57,670 nucleotides of DNA from Actinomycetota bacterium (GTDB lineage: Bacteria; Actinomycetota; Actinomycetes; S36-B12). Position numbers and translations under genes: made by a program. Shown here in pieces: positions 40,447 through 50,534 of this stretch. The stretch lies in assembly GCA_009699015.1 (NCBI GenBank), contig WLOY01000005.1:1-57670 (forward strand), written 5' to 3'. Under the pieces are notes generated by a model that saw only the letters and a list, made by a program, of their open reading frames with translations, did not search any database and was not told where the DNA came from. How positions within the stretch are numbered: the stretch's first letter is position 1; every line of letters starts with the position of its first letter.

Positions 40447-42078
40447 CTAGGGCTGGGCAACCGCTCCCGCGCTCTCACGCCCGTTGCGGTCGACCGCGGT
40501 CACGACGTAGGAGGAGTCCGTCGACACGGCGTCGGCCCTGCCCGGATCGGTCCAGGTCATCGCCTCGCCCGTCCGGCGCACGGTCGCGACGAGGTTGCGC
40601 GCATCGGCGAGGTCGCAGGCGCCCGGTGACGATCCGGGGATTCGGTAGATCGCGTACGAGGCCGCGGACGGGTCGGACCCCGTCCAGCGCAGCGATCCTC
40701 CGTTTCGGCTCACCGCCGTGACCTCCTGCGGCGCCGATCCCTGCGAGTCGCCGACGACGGGGAGCAGTGCGGGTCGGGTGTACCAGCGCTTGACGAGTGC
40801 GGTCGTGGTGCCGCGCCGATCGGCGAGAACGTCCTTGGCCGAGAAGTAGATGTTGCCGACGACCTCGGGAATCTGGGCCGTGACGCCAAGGTGGCGGCTC
40901 AATTCCTGGCGCTTGCGCCACTGTCGATTGGTGCTCGTGCCGGCCCGGTAGGTGGCCTCGCCGATGTAGAGGCCCACGTTGTGCCCGAGTGCGGCCGCCG
41001 ACGCGACCTCGCGCGCCCACCAGCGTGCGATCGTCCCGTACCGCGCGATCTTGAATCCCCGGGTCCAGTAGATCTGCGGCGCCACGTAGTCGATCCAGCC
41101 CTCGCGCACCCAAAGGCGGGAATCGGCGTAGAGGTCGTCGTAGGTCTCGATGCCGGCCTTCGTCTTGGATCCCTCGGCATGGGTCGAGTCGTTGCGCCAG
41201 ACCGCGAAGGGCGACACCCCGAACTGCACCCACGGCTTGACCGCGTTGATGCGGTCGTGGAGTCCCTTGATCAGGGCATCGATGTTCGCCCGCCGCCAGT
41301 CGGCCTTCGATGGGAAGGCACCGCCGTAGGCGGCGAAGGCCTTGGCGTCGCGGAAGGGCCGGCCCGACCCGGGGTACGGGTAGAAGTAGTCGTCGAAGTG
41401 GACGCCGTCGACGTCATAGCGAGTGACGGCATCCATGATCGCGTTCGTGACGAACTCGCGGACTTCCGGGATCCCCGGGTTGTAGTAGAGCTTTCCGTCC
41501 TTGCGCACGATCCAGTCCGGGTGGGCGCGCGCGGGGTGGCTCGGTGCGAGCTTCCCCAGCTTGGCGTTCATGCTCACCCGATAGGGGTTGAACCAGGCGT
41601 GCAGGTCGAGGTTTCGCTTGTGGGCCTCGTCGACGGCGAAGCGAAGCGGGTCGTAGCCCGGATCGTTGCCCTGCTTGCCGGTGAGCCAGGTGGACCAGGG
41701 CTCGAATGACGATGGCCAGATGGCGTCGGCCGCTGGCCTCACCTGAAGGACGACCGCATTGAAGTTGTTCTTGACGGCGAGGTCGAGCCAGGCGCGCAGC
41801 TCGGCCTGCTGGGTCTCGGCGGAAAGGCCCGGACGGGAGGGCCAGTCGACGTTCGCGACGCTGGCGATCCACATCGCCCGGAAGTCGTGCTTCTTGAATC
41901 GGGGGTCGACCGGGCAGGCGCCGGGTGCGGGGAGCTCGACCTGTGGCACGCGGGCGCTCGCGGGCGGGGCTGGGGCGATGCCGGTGCTGAGCGCGACGAC
42001 TGCGAGGCCGGCTGCTGCGATGAACGCGGTGACGAATCGGTATGGGCGTGCGGACGGGAATGGGTGCGGCGGATTCAT
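40447..42078 (-). CDS. YddW/DigH-like (GHL10) glycoside hydrolase, exported
   Basis: FRAMWIASVANVDWPS, LQVRP, HAWFNPYR, DGVHFDDYFYPY, PQIYW. Confidence 0.9.
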   Translation of the reverse strand: MNPPHPFPSARPYRFVTAFIAAAGLAVVALSTGIAPAPPASARVPQVELPAPGACPVDPRFKKHDFRAMWIASVANVDWPSRPGLSAETQQAELRAWLDLAVKNNFNAVVLQVRPAADAIWPSSFEPWSTWLTGKQGNDPGYDPLRFAVDEAHKRNLDLHAWFNPYRVSMNAKLGKLAPSHPARAHPDWIVRKDGKLYYNPGIPEVREFVTNAIMDAVTRYDVDGVHFDDYFYPYPGSGRPFRDAKAFAAYGGAFPSKADWRRANIDALIKGLHDRINAVKPWVQFGVSPFAVWRNDSTHAEGSKTKAGIETYDDLYADSRLWVREGWIDYVAPQIYWTRGFKIARYGTIARWWAREVASAAALGHNVGLYIGEATYRAGTSTNRQWRKRQELSRHLGVTAQIPEVVGNIYFSAKDVLADRRGTTTALVKRWYTRPALLPVVGDSQGSAPQEVTAVSRNGGSLRWTGSDPSAASYAIYRIPGSSPGACDLADARNLVATVRRTGEAMTWTDPGRADAVSTDSSYVVTAVDRNGRESAGAVAQP

Positions 42079-42119
42079 GGCGATTCGATCCTACGTCGAA
42101 ATCGCGCGAATCCCATCGC

Positions 42120-43160
42120 TCAATCGCGCGCCTTGCGGGCGACGATGATGTCGCGCTGGATCGCCTGGTCGACGCGATGACTGAAGCCCCCCTGCGGGCC
42201 GGGCTCGACCACCCGCAGGCCGGCGGACTCGAGGGCGGCCGCGGCATCGTCGCGCCTGGCCACGTGGGTATTCCAGGCGATGCCGACCGCCCCGCCCGGC
42301 CTCAGCACCCGGGCCCAGGCGGGTGCGTTGTCGGCGATGAGCTCGAGCGGGCTCCTCGAGAGCTCACGGCCCTTCGTGCGGCTGCCGTGCTGCACGCCGT
42401 ATGGCGCATCCGTCACGACGAGATCGACGGACGCCGGTCGGAAGAACTCGGGGAGCGAGGAGGTGTCGGCGTTCACGACGTCGAGCCGCTGGACGATCCC
42501 GGCCCTGTAGTCGTCCTTGCTCGCGGCGAACGAGAGCTCCAGCCGGCGTGCGACGACGCGGCGGTCGCGCCGAACGGGCCCGTACTCCACTCGGTGCTTG
42601 AGCCGCTTCTCCTTCATCCAGCGCTGGATGAACACCGCGTAGGCATCGACATCACGCTCGTCGATCTCGATGCCGTAGGCGTCCCAGCCGTACATGAGCG
42701 CCTGGTTGAGCGTCGTTCCCCTGCCGCAGAGCGGGTCGAGCACGGTGAGGCTGCGGTCGAGCATGCGGGCCGCGAAGTCGGAGGCGAGGACCGTCACGTT
42801 GAGGAGGAGCTTCGTGAACTGCTCATTCGTCTTGCCGGAATACTTCTGGATGGTGATGAGGTCGTCGTCGAGGCGGTCGAGGCCTTGCGCGGTGACCGGG
42901 CGCAGCAGGCCGTCCTCGACCGCGAACAGGGCGTACAGCGACGAGAGGTTGGCAAGGTGCGCGATATCCCGGTCGCCGAGGTCGTCGCACTCGAAGGTCA
43001 CGTAGGGCACGCCGCCGATGATCTCGGCTGCGATCGCGTCGATGCGCCCGCCGAGGACCGAATCATTGAAGGCGGCCAGCTCGGCCTGGGTCAGGGCGAT
43101 GGCGGCATCGGCGTAGACCCGGTTGGCGGAGGGGAGGATGAGGACGGCGTAACGGCTCAT
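42120..43160 (-). CDS. Trm11/UPF0020-like SAM methyltransferase
   Basis: LDPLCGRGTT, TDAPYG. Confidence 0.8.
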   Translation of the reverse strand: MSRYAVLILPSANRVYADAAIALTQAELAAFNDSVLGGRIDAIAAEIIGGVPYVTFECDDLGDRDIAHLANLSSLYALFAVEDGLLRPVTAQGLDRLDDDLITIQKYSGKTNEQFTKLLLNVTVLASDFAARMLDRSLTVLDPLCGRGTTLNQALMYGWDAYGIEIDERDVDAYAVFIQRWMKEKRLKHRVEYGPVRRDRRVVARRLELSFAASKDDYRAGIVQRLDVVNADTSSLPEFFRPASVDLVVTDAPYGVQHGSRTKGRELSRSPLELIADNAPAWARVLRPGGAVGIAWNTHVARRDDAAAALESAGLRVVEPGPQGGFSHRVDQAIQRDIIVARKARD

Positions 43161-43316
43161 CGAGCCGGGGCCGATCTGTCAGTCTTCACGGGTACATCAT
43201 CCAATGGGGCCGCCTTCGTCCGATTGGGGCACCATCCCCCGATGGGGGCGCGGCACTCCTAGGGTTGAGTCCGCTGAATCGAGCCGAACGGCCGGATCGA
43301 GCTGCAGGCAGGAGGA

Positions 43317-44312
43317 ATGGTGGGCGAGGACGACATGCTGATCAAGGCCCCGATGCGGTGCCGGCCGATGGGGCTGACGATGGTCGATGGCTTCCTCGAC
43401 GGCCCTGACGTGGACCGCGCGTACGAGGTCGTGTCGGAGTCGGACTACGCGATGATCGGCCGGGTCGAGAGCAGCAGGGAGAGCCTGCGATTCCAGATCG
43501 CCAGCCCCGATGCCGCGCAGGACGAGCACCGGCTGGTCGAGGGCGAGGACGGCGAGCCCGTCGGCGTGCTCGTGATCGAGCGCGATGCCGCAGCGAGGCT
43601 GGTGTTCGCCGATGCCTACTGCCTTCCGGGCCTGGAGGCCGATGTGCTCGCCCCGCTCGCCGCGATGGGGATCGCTGCAGGTGGCCGGCTGAGCCAGGGG
43701 GAGCCGGGCTGGCAGATGGAGGCCGGGGTGCTCGCGAAGGACGTTGCCGCGTGCGCCGTGCTCGAGGCGAGCGGCTATCGCCCGGTGCGTCGATTCTGGC
43801 AGATGGGCATCGGCCTCGCTGGTTACCCGTTGGGGGAGCCCGCGGCGCCGCCGGGGGTGACGAGGTCTGTCGCCGCGAGCGAGGGTGATCGGCGGCTGCT
43901 CCATTCGATCCATGAGTCGGCCTTCGCCGAGCATTTCGGGTCCGTTGCGCGCCCCTATGAGCAGTGGCTGGCCTGGCACAAGGACCGGCAGGACGCAGCG
44001 CCCGACCTGTGGTGGCTGGCCTGGCTCGACGGCGAGCCGGTCGCCGAGATAACGCAGGATCACTCCCGCGATGGAGTGAATGCCGCGTACGTGCGAAGCC
44101 TCGGCGTGGCCCCGAGTGCCCGGGGGCTCGGTATCGGCCGATGGCTCCTGCAGTGCGCATTCGCCGAAGCGGCCCGGCGTGGCCGCGAGCAGGCATGCCT
44201 CACGGTCGACAGCGACAACACGACCGGCGCGACTGCGCTCTACGAATCGGCCGGCATGGCCTCCGAAGTCGTCATCGACCTGCTCCGCCGGCCGGTTGGG
44301 GCGTCGGGCTGA
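43317..44312 (+). CDS. tandem GNAT acetyltransferase
   Basis: LGVAPSARGLGIG, LTVDSDNTTGATALYESAGM. Confidence 0.88.
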   Translation: MVGEDDMLIKAPMRCRPMGLTMVDGFLDGPDVDRAYEVVSESDYAMIGRVESSRESLRFQIASPDAAQDEHRLVEGEDGEPVGVLVIERDAAARLVFADAYCLPGLEADVLAPLAAMGIAAGGRLSQGEPGWQMEAGVLAKDVAACAVLEASGYRPVRRFWQMGIGLAGYPLGEPAAPPGVTRSVAASEGDRRLLHSIHESAFAEHFGSVARPYEQWLAWHKDRQDAAPDLWWLAWLDGEPVAEITQDHSRDGVNAAYVRSLGVAPSARGLGIGRWLLQCAFAEAARRGREQACLTVDSDNTTGATALYESAGMASEVVIDLLRRPVGASG

Positions 44313-44344
44313 CCTAGGCGTGCCTGCCGGGGGAGAATGCCATC

Positions 44345-44980
44345 GTGGAAGCGGCGATTCCCCTGGCATTCACGGCAGCCTGGGCAAGCGGTATGAATCC
44401 GTACCTGCTTGTCTTCCTCATGGGCATCCTCGGGAGGGTCACCGAGCTCGACGTCCCCGTCGCGTTCGAGCGGGCCGACGTCCTCCTCGTCTTCGGGGTC
44501 CTCGTCGTCATCGATGCGATCGCGGACAAGATCATGTGGCTCGACTCGGCGTGGGATGTCTTCAACACGGCAATCCGCCCGGTCGCCGGCGGCGTCGTGG
44601 CGCTGCTCATCGCCTCGCCGACCGTGGACCTGCCGAGTGCGGTGATCGCGGCGGGCGGCGGCATCGTCGCGCTCATCACCCACTTCGCGAAGGCGACGAC
44701 GCGGCTGGCGGTGAACGCCTCGCCGGAGCCTGCGAGCAATGTGGTGGTGTCCGTCGCGGAGGACGCCGCGATCGTCGGCGTCGTCATCACCGCGATCTTC
44801 AACCCGTGGATCGCGGCGGCCATCGCAGCCGCCCTGTTCACGGCGGCGGTGGTCATCGCCCTGGCCCTTGCCGGAACCGCGAGGGCAGCCCTGCGCAAGC
44901 GAAGGCAGCGCAAGGCCCAATCGACCAACCCAACCCCACCCCCCGTTTCATCCGGCCCCGAATCCGGGTCAGGTGAATGA
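44345..44980 (+). CDS. DUF4126 membrane protein
   Basis: WASGMNPY, ADKI..LDS, NASPEPASN..S..ED. Confidence 0.85.
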   Translation: MEAAIPLAFTAAWASGMNPYLLVFLMGILGRVTELDVPVAFERADVLLVFGVLVVIDAIADKIMWLDSAWDVFNTAIRPVAGGVVALLIASPTVDLPSAVIAAGGGIVALITHFAKATTRLAVNASPEPASNVVVSVAEDAAIVGVVITAIFNPWIAAAIAAALFTAAVVIALALAGTARAALRKRRQRKAQSTNPTPPPVSSGPESGSGE

Positions 44981-45154
44981 ATATCGGTCAAACGGCATCG
45001 GATTCGTGCGTCTGCCCCGGAATCCGGGTGAAATGACGTGGGTGGTGGCGCTTGGCAGATAGCTACCGCAATCGGTCGGCCGCCGACTTCGACCGGTCGT
45101 CATGCCCCGTCCGATGGGCAGGACTCAAATTGATTGCTGTGGCACCGTTGTGGA

Positions 45155-48100
45155 ATGCCGGAATCTTCCGCGCCAGCCGAGGCCACTTCGCTGATGCTTG
45201 CCGCCGCCGTGGCGGAGTCGGTCGCCGACGCCGTCATCGCCTACGAGCCGGACGGCACGATCGCCTGGGCATCGCCGTCGCTCACGCCAGTGCTCGGCTG
45301 GGACCCGGCGAAGGTCATCGGAACGCGCCTGAGAATCGCGACGGATGAGGACGCGGCTAAAGCAGCGGAGATTACTGCCGAGGCCATGTCATCCGGGGCG
45401 CAGACGGCGCGCGCTCGGCTGAGGTCACGCCGCGCCGACGGGACGATCATCTGGACTGACACCCACTCGCGGCTCGTCCGCGATCCCAGCGGGACGGTGA
45501 CCTGGATCGTCGCGTCCATCCGCGATGTGACCGCAGACGTCGAGTGGCAGCGGCAGGCGATCGAGGCGGAGCAGCACTTCATGCTGGCCATGGAGCACTC
45601 CGCCGTCGGCATCGCCACCGTCGCTCCCGAGGGAGACTTCCTCACCGTGAACGACGCCCTGTGCGAAATGCTGAAACGAGATCCCGCCACGTTGCTGTCC
45701 AGCAGATGGCAGGACTTCACCCATCCGCAGGATGTCGACGTCGATCAGGGCCTCGTGAACGAACTGCTCGCAGGCGATCGCGATTCGTACCGGCTGCGCA
45801 AGCGCTACCTGTGCCCCGACGGCTCGGTCGTTTGGGGCGACCTGTCCGTCGCCGCGGTACGCGATTCGGTCGGGAAGGTGAGCTGCTTCATCTCCCAGAT
45901 CATCGACGTCACGGAGAAGGTGACGAGCGCGGAGCGGTACCGGCTCCTCGCCGAGCATGGCACCGACGTGGTGTCGACGAGCGCCCACGACTGCATGATG
46001 GAGTGGCTGTCCCCGTCGGTCGAGCAGCTGCTGGGATGGCCGGCCGGCGACTTGATCGGCACCTCCTTCCTCGCGTACCTGCATGCGGAGGACCACCCGC
46101 TCGTGGCAGCTGCCCATGATCGGGTACTCAAGGGCGAGGCGGCGAGGTTCGAGGTGCGGATGCGGACCCGCGAGCGCGGCGATCGATGGGTGAATGTCGT
46201 GCTCACTCCGATTCTCGGGGACGGCCCAGACGTCATCGGGTGCATTGCCCGTTGGCGCGATGTTCAGAGCGAGCACGAGGCCCGCGAGGAACTCGAGGCC
46301 TCCGAGCGCCGGTTCCGCATAATGGTGGAGAACGCCAGTGATGTCGTCTACTCCGCTGGTGGTGATAGGCGCGTGACGTGGGTGGCGCCCGCCGTCACGC
46401 AGACTCTCGGCTGGTCGCCCGACGAGCTCCTCGGAGTCGATCTCATTGATCTACTGCATCCCGACGACAGGGGAGCGTCTGAGCGTGTCATCGCCCATGT
46501 GCTGGCGGGCGATGACACGCCGATCACCGAAGGCGACGTTGTCGCGCGGGTCCGAACGAGGTCGAACGAGTATCGCTGGATGTCGGTGAAGCTCACCCGA
46601 TGGGCTGGCGAACCCGGCGACCCGTTGGGCATCGTCGGCGGGCTCACCCTCGTCGACGACCTCATGGAGCAACGCCTTCGCGCCCAGGCCGATGAGGAGC
46701 GGATCCAGTCGCTGCTCGACACGATGCTCGAGCCGTTCACGCTGCTCGCCGCTGAGCGGGACGACTCAGGGACGATCGTGGACTTCGTGATCGCGGAAGC
46801 CAACCACTCCGCCCTCGACGTGTACGAAATGACGCATGACGAGCTGGTCGGGCAGCGGTTCAGCGTCCTGCACCCGGCCGCCATGACGACCGGCCTGTTC
46901 GCGATGTACGCGGCCGTCGTCGATGGGGGCGAGCCGCTCTCCCTCAATGACTTGGCGTACCCGTGGGAGCCGCGAGGGGGGCAGGTCATGCGCTTCGACG
47001 TGCGTGCCGTCAAGGCCGGAGAGGCGGTGAGCCAGACATGGCGCGACGTGAGCGAGCGCTTTGCCGTGAGCGAGCTCATCGCGCGGTCGGAGGAGCACTT
47101 CAGGCTGCTCGCCGAGAACTCGACTGACGTCGTGCTGCAGGATCTCGGGGGCATCGTTCAATGGGTGTCGCCCTCCCTGACCGCCTGCCTTGGCTGGGAT
47201 TCGTCCGACTGGATTGGTCGATCGGTCAGGGGGTTCGCTCATCCCGGCGATGCCGGGCGCTTCGATGAGATCCAACCACGTACCGAGGCGAGCGAGTCGA
47301 CGATCACGACCCTGCGCCTGCGTGGCAAGAACGGCACCTACCACTGGGTCGAGATCCATGCCGGGCGCTACGCGGACGACCAAGGGAGCAGCCATGGCTT
47401 CGTCGCATCCTTTCGAGTCGTCGACCGGGAGGTCGCCGCACGCGAGGCGCTGGCAGCGGCCGAGGAGGAGTTCCGGCTCATAGCCCAGAATTCGACCGAC
47501 GTCGTCTGGCACGCCCGCAACGGCCAGATCGCCTGGATCTCGCCATCAGTGAGCGCCGTGCTCGGCGGCGAGCCAGCGGAGTGGATCGGCGTGGACATTG
47601 CCAAGATCCTGCATCCCGACGACCTGCCCGCTCACCTCGCGAGCCTGTCCGAGGCGGCCCCGGGCTCCGCGAGCGTCGTGCGAGCCAGGCTCCGGGCGAG
47701 CGACGGCACGTACCACTGGATCGACGCGAACACGGGGTCTTTCATCAATGCGCAAGGCGAGGAGGACGGCGTGATTGCCTCCTTCCGAGTCGTCGACGAT
47801 CTCGTCGCTGCCGAGGAGGAGCTGGCCTACTACGCGTGGTTCGATGCGCTCACCGGCCTCATGAACCGCAGGGAGATCTTCCACAAATTGCGGGGCATCT
47901 CGAGCGGCAATCGCGAACCGGGCGACGTGACGGCGATGCTCTTCTGCGACATCGATCGGTTCAAGGACGTCAACGATGCCTACGGCCACGCAGCCGGCGA
48001 TGAGGTGCTGCGCAGGCTGGCGGAGCGGATCAGCGCCTCAGTGCGCAGCGATGATGCGGCCGCCCGCATCGGCGGGGATGAGTTCCTCGTCGTCCTCACG

Positions 48101-48322
48101 GGCACCCACAGTCTCGATGAGGCGGTCGCCGTCGCGGAGAAGATCCGTGACGCGGCCGCCGTATCCGTGTCCGTGGACCATACGCAGGTCGTCACGTCGC
48201 TCAGCATCGGCGTGGCGCTGGTGCGCCAGGGCGAGAGCATCGGTGACCTCATCGCCCACGCGGACAAGGCGCTGTACGCGGCGAAGCGGGCCGGGCGGAA
48301 TCAGGTCGTGGCGATTGCCTAG
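45155..48322 (+). CDS. multi-PAS diguanylate cyclase
   Basis: Seven PAS/PAC-like modules, DALTGLMNR, RSDD...GGDEF. Confidence 0.92.
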   Translation: MPESSAPAEATSLMLAAAVAESVADAVIAYEPDGTIAWASPSLTPVLGWDPAKVIGTRLRIATDEDAAKAAEITAEAMSSGAQTARARLRSRRADGTIIWTDTHSRLVRDPSGTVTWIVASIRDVTADVEWQRQAIEAEQHFMLAMEHSAVGIATVAPEGDFLTVNDALCEMLKRDPATLLSSRWQDFTHPQDVDVDQGLVNELLAGDRDSYRLRKRYLCPDGSVVWGDLSVAAVRDSVGKVSCFISQIIDVTEKVTSAERYRLLAEHGTDVVSTSAHDCMMEWLSPSVEQLLGWPAGDLIGTSFLAYLHAEDHPLVAAAHDRVLKGEAARFEVRMRTRERGDRWVNVVLTPILGDGPDVIGCIARWRDVQSEHEAREELEASERRFRIMVENASDVVYSAGGDRRVTWVAPAVTQTLGWSPDELLGVDLIDLLHPDDRGASERVIAHVLAGDDTPITEGDVVARVRTRSNEYRWMSVKLTRWAGEPGDPLGIVGGLTLVDDLMEQRLRAQADEERIQSLLDTMLEPFTLLAAERDDSGTIVDFVIAEANHSALDVYEMTHDELVGQRFSVLHPAAMTTGLFAMYAAVVDGGEPLSLNDLAYPWEPRGGQVMRFDVRAVKAGEAVSQTWRDVSERFAVSELIARSEEHFRLLAENSTDVVLQDLGGIVQWVSPSLTACLGWDSSDWIGRSVRGFAHPGDAGRFDEIQPRTEASESTITTLRLRGKNGTYHWVEIHAGRYADDQGSSHGFVASFRVVDREVAAREALAAAEEEFRLIAQNSTDVVWHARNGQIAWISPSVSAVLGGEPAEWIGVDIAKILHPDDLPAHLASLSEAAPGSASVVRARLRASDGTYHWIDANTGSFINAQGEEDGVIASFRVVDDLVAAEEELAYYAWFDALTGLMNRREIFHKLRGISSGNREPGDVTAMLFCDIDRFKDVNDAYGHAAGDEVLRRLAERISASVRSDDAAARIGGDEFLVVLTGTHSLDEAVAVAEKIRDAAAVSVSVDHTQVVTSLSIGVALVRQGESIGDLIAHADKALYAAKRAGRNQVVAIA

Positions 48323-49134
48323 CGGGGGAAAGGCGGCCGCTGCGAGGGGATGAGGAGGGCGAGGCCCGCTGCGAGGCCGAGCAGGATGACTGAGACGACG
48401 CCGTCGATGATGAAGTGGTTGCCGGTCACGATGACGACCCACAGCGTGGCGAGGGGGTACAGAAGCACGAGCCAGCGCCACGGGCTGCGGACCGCGATGA
48501 TGACAATCATGGCGACGACCGCCGCCCAGGCGATGTGGACCGATGGCATGGCCGCATACTCGTTGGCGCCCGGCACGAGCGCGTACACCGACCGGCCGTT
48601 CTCGAGCGCGGTATCGACGATTCCGAGGCTGGGCAGGAGCCTGGGGGGTGCCACGGGCTTGAGCTGGATGAGCAGGCACATCGCCATCAGGAAGGCGACT
48701 GTCGTTCGGGTGAAGGCCCAGTGATCGCGGCGCATGAGGAGCACCCAGATGAGCGTGATGACGAAGACCGGGATGTGCAGGCCGGTGTAGTAGACGTCTG
48801 CGAGGTGGATGATCGCGTCGTTGCCGAGGACCGCCTGCTGGATGGCGGCCTCGCTCGGCCAGCGCAGGGCGGCCTCGAGGTCGGCGAGCCACAGGCCGGC
48901 GGCATCGGCCTGCTCGAGGCCGCCGATCGACAGCGAACCGACGTACTGCCAAGCGGCGTAGAGGCCGAGGATGAGGGCGAGTTCCCTCAAGACGAGGATC
49001 GTTGCGTCCAGGCGGGGACGGGTCTGGGCCGAGCGCCGGCGGACAAGGCTGAGGGCGAGGGAGCAGAAGGCGACGACGGCCGCGATGACGAGCGCCTGCC
49101 GCCACGGCAGCCAGCCGAGGTCTGGAAGTTCCAT
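48319..49134 (-). CDS. PAP2 superfamily (AUR1-like) membrane phosphotransferase
   Basis: PVAPPR, AAMPSVH, TGNHFIID. Confidence 0.88.
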   Translation of the reverse strand: MELPDLGWLPWRQALVIAAVVAFCSLALSLVRRRSAQTRPRLDATILVLRELALILGLYAAWQYVGSLSIGGLEQADAAGLWLADLEAALRWPSEAAIQQAVLGNDAIIHLADVYYTGLHIPVFVITLIWVLLMRRDHWAFTRTTVAFLMAMCLLIQLKPVAPPRLLPSLGIVDTALENGRSVYALVPGANEYAAMPSVHIAWAAVVAMIVIIAVRSPWRWLVLLYPLATLWVVIVTGNHFIIDGVVSVILLGLAAGLALLIPSQRPPFPR

Positions 49135-49246
49135 GACCCCACGGTAGCGATGGTCGGTGGGTCACCCCCCGAACGAATGCCGAGGCCAGAAGTCATCATG
49201 ATGCGTCAGAGGTGATGTATTGATGTTCGCAAGCACCGCTTGGGAT

Positions 49247-49483
49247 ATGCGGACGACATTGACATTGGACGATGATCTCGCCATGGCGCTGCAGGACAAG
49301 GCCCGCACCACGGGCCGGCCCTTCAAGGAGGTCGTCAATGCCTGGCTGCGCGAGGGCATCGACCTGGCGAAGGCCCTGGACCTCGTCGCGCTGGCCCTTG
49401 AATACGGCGGGACAGTCCATTCGGCCGACTCGGATTTCGCGCGGTTCCCGGACGTCCGGTGGGTAAACCCGCTGGCCTGGTAG
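49247..49483 (+). pseudogene. vapB-vapC in-frame deletion fusion
   Basis: VapB-like RHH MRTTLTLDDDL...FKEVVN joined to a PIN C-terminus ALALEYGGTVHSADSDFARFPDVRWVNPL; palindrome CATCATGATG upstream. Confidence 0.8.
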
Positions 49484-49576
49484 CGAATTGCCACGTCGTC
49501 ACGAGATCGGTCTGCCAGAATCCGCTGAGCGACGTGGTGCGGCACTCGCGGGCCGGTTCTGGTGTAGACAGCACTC

Positions 49577-49987
49577 ATGAACGAGGAGACGTACACCCAG
49601 GTGATGCTCGTCGTCGCGCAGGTCTTCGAGGTCATTGCCGCCGGCGTTCTCTTCGCGGGCCTGCTGTGGTCATTGTGGATCTCGCTTCGGGACTACCGGC
49701 GGCGAAGGGACGGTGGCCTGGCCTACCGGGTCATGCGGCAGTCCTTCGGCGGCGCGATCCTGCTCGGCCTCGAGATCCTCGTTGCCGGCGACTTGATCCG
49801 CACGGTGGCCGTCGCGCCGACGCTCGACAATGTGCTCGTGCTCGGCATCATCGTCCTCATCCGCACGTTCCTGAGCTTCAGCCTCGAGATCGAGATGGAC
49901 GGGGTGCCACCGTGGCGCAAGGGACTCGTGAGCGGTGCGAGCGTGATGGCGAGGGCGGCGGCCTCCGCAAAGCCTGCGCCCGGCTAG
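49577..49987 (+). CDS. DUF1622 membrane protein
   Basis: GGAILLGLEILVAGDLIRT, IRTFLSFSLEIE. Confidence 0.88.
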   Translation: MNEETYTQVMLVVAQVFEVIAAGVLFAGLLWSLWISLRDYRRRRDGGLAYRVMRQSFGGAILLGLEILVAGDLIRTVAVAPTLDNVLVLGIIVLIRTFLSFSLEIEMDGVPPWRKGLVSGASVMARAAASAKPAPG

Positions 49988-50036
49988 TCAGGTCCATGCC
50001 TGCCCAGCGCCGCGGGCACACGCGGCGGTCGATAGT

Positions 50037-50480
50037 TCATGAACGGGATTGCCTGGACAGGTCAACCAGCGCCAGGCGATCCGACGCGGTGTAGTCGCCG
50101 CGGCCTGCGAGCCAGTACATGAACATCACCGAGAGCGGATCACTGCTATGGCCCAGTCCCATGACATGGCCGTACTCATGGGCCATGAGGCCGACCCTGT
50201 CTTCGAGGGTCATCCAGCGACTGCCCTTCGGTCTGCCCACCCGGACGCATCGGCGGGTGTCTCAAGCCAGGTGAGCGAAGCCTCGGCGATGACGCCGGAA
50301 GCCAGCAGGCCCGGGCGCTGGTCGCCGTTCTCGTAGGTGATGACGACATTGATGCCGGCGATTGTCGGGACGGCCCCCGGCACATCGGCGGCCTGGCCGG
50401 GTCGAACGTCCAGTTGATGGGGGTGGACAGTGGCCAGCGAGGGGACAGCGCCGCGGTCTTCTCGCCATTGATGAACAACT
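50037..50480 (-). pseudogene. fragmented matrixin/metzincin protease
   Basis: HEYGHVMGLGH plus Met-turn SVM in a short ORF; upstream coding-like pieces lie in other frames. Confidence 0.7.
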
Positions 50481-50534
50481 GGCTTGAGAGCTCCGCCCTG
50501 AGGGGCGGCAGTGGGCTACTGCGGCGGTGGGCGA

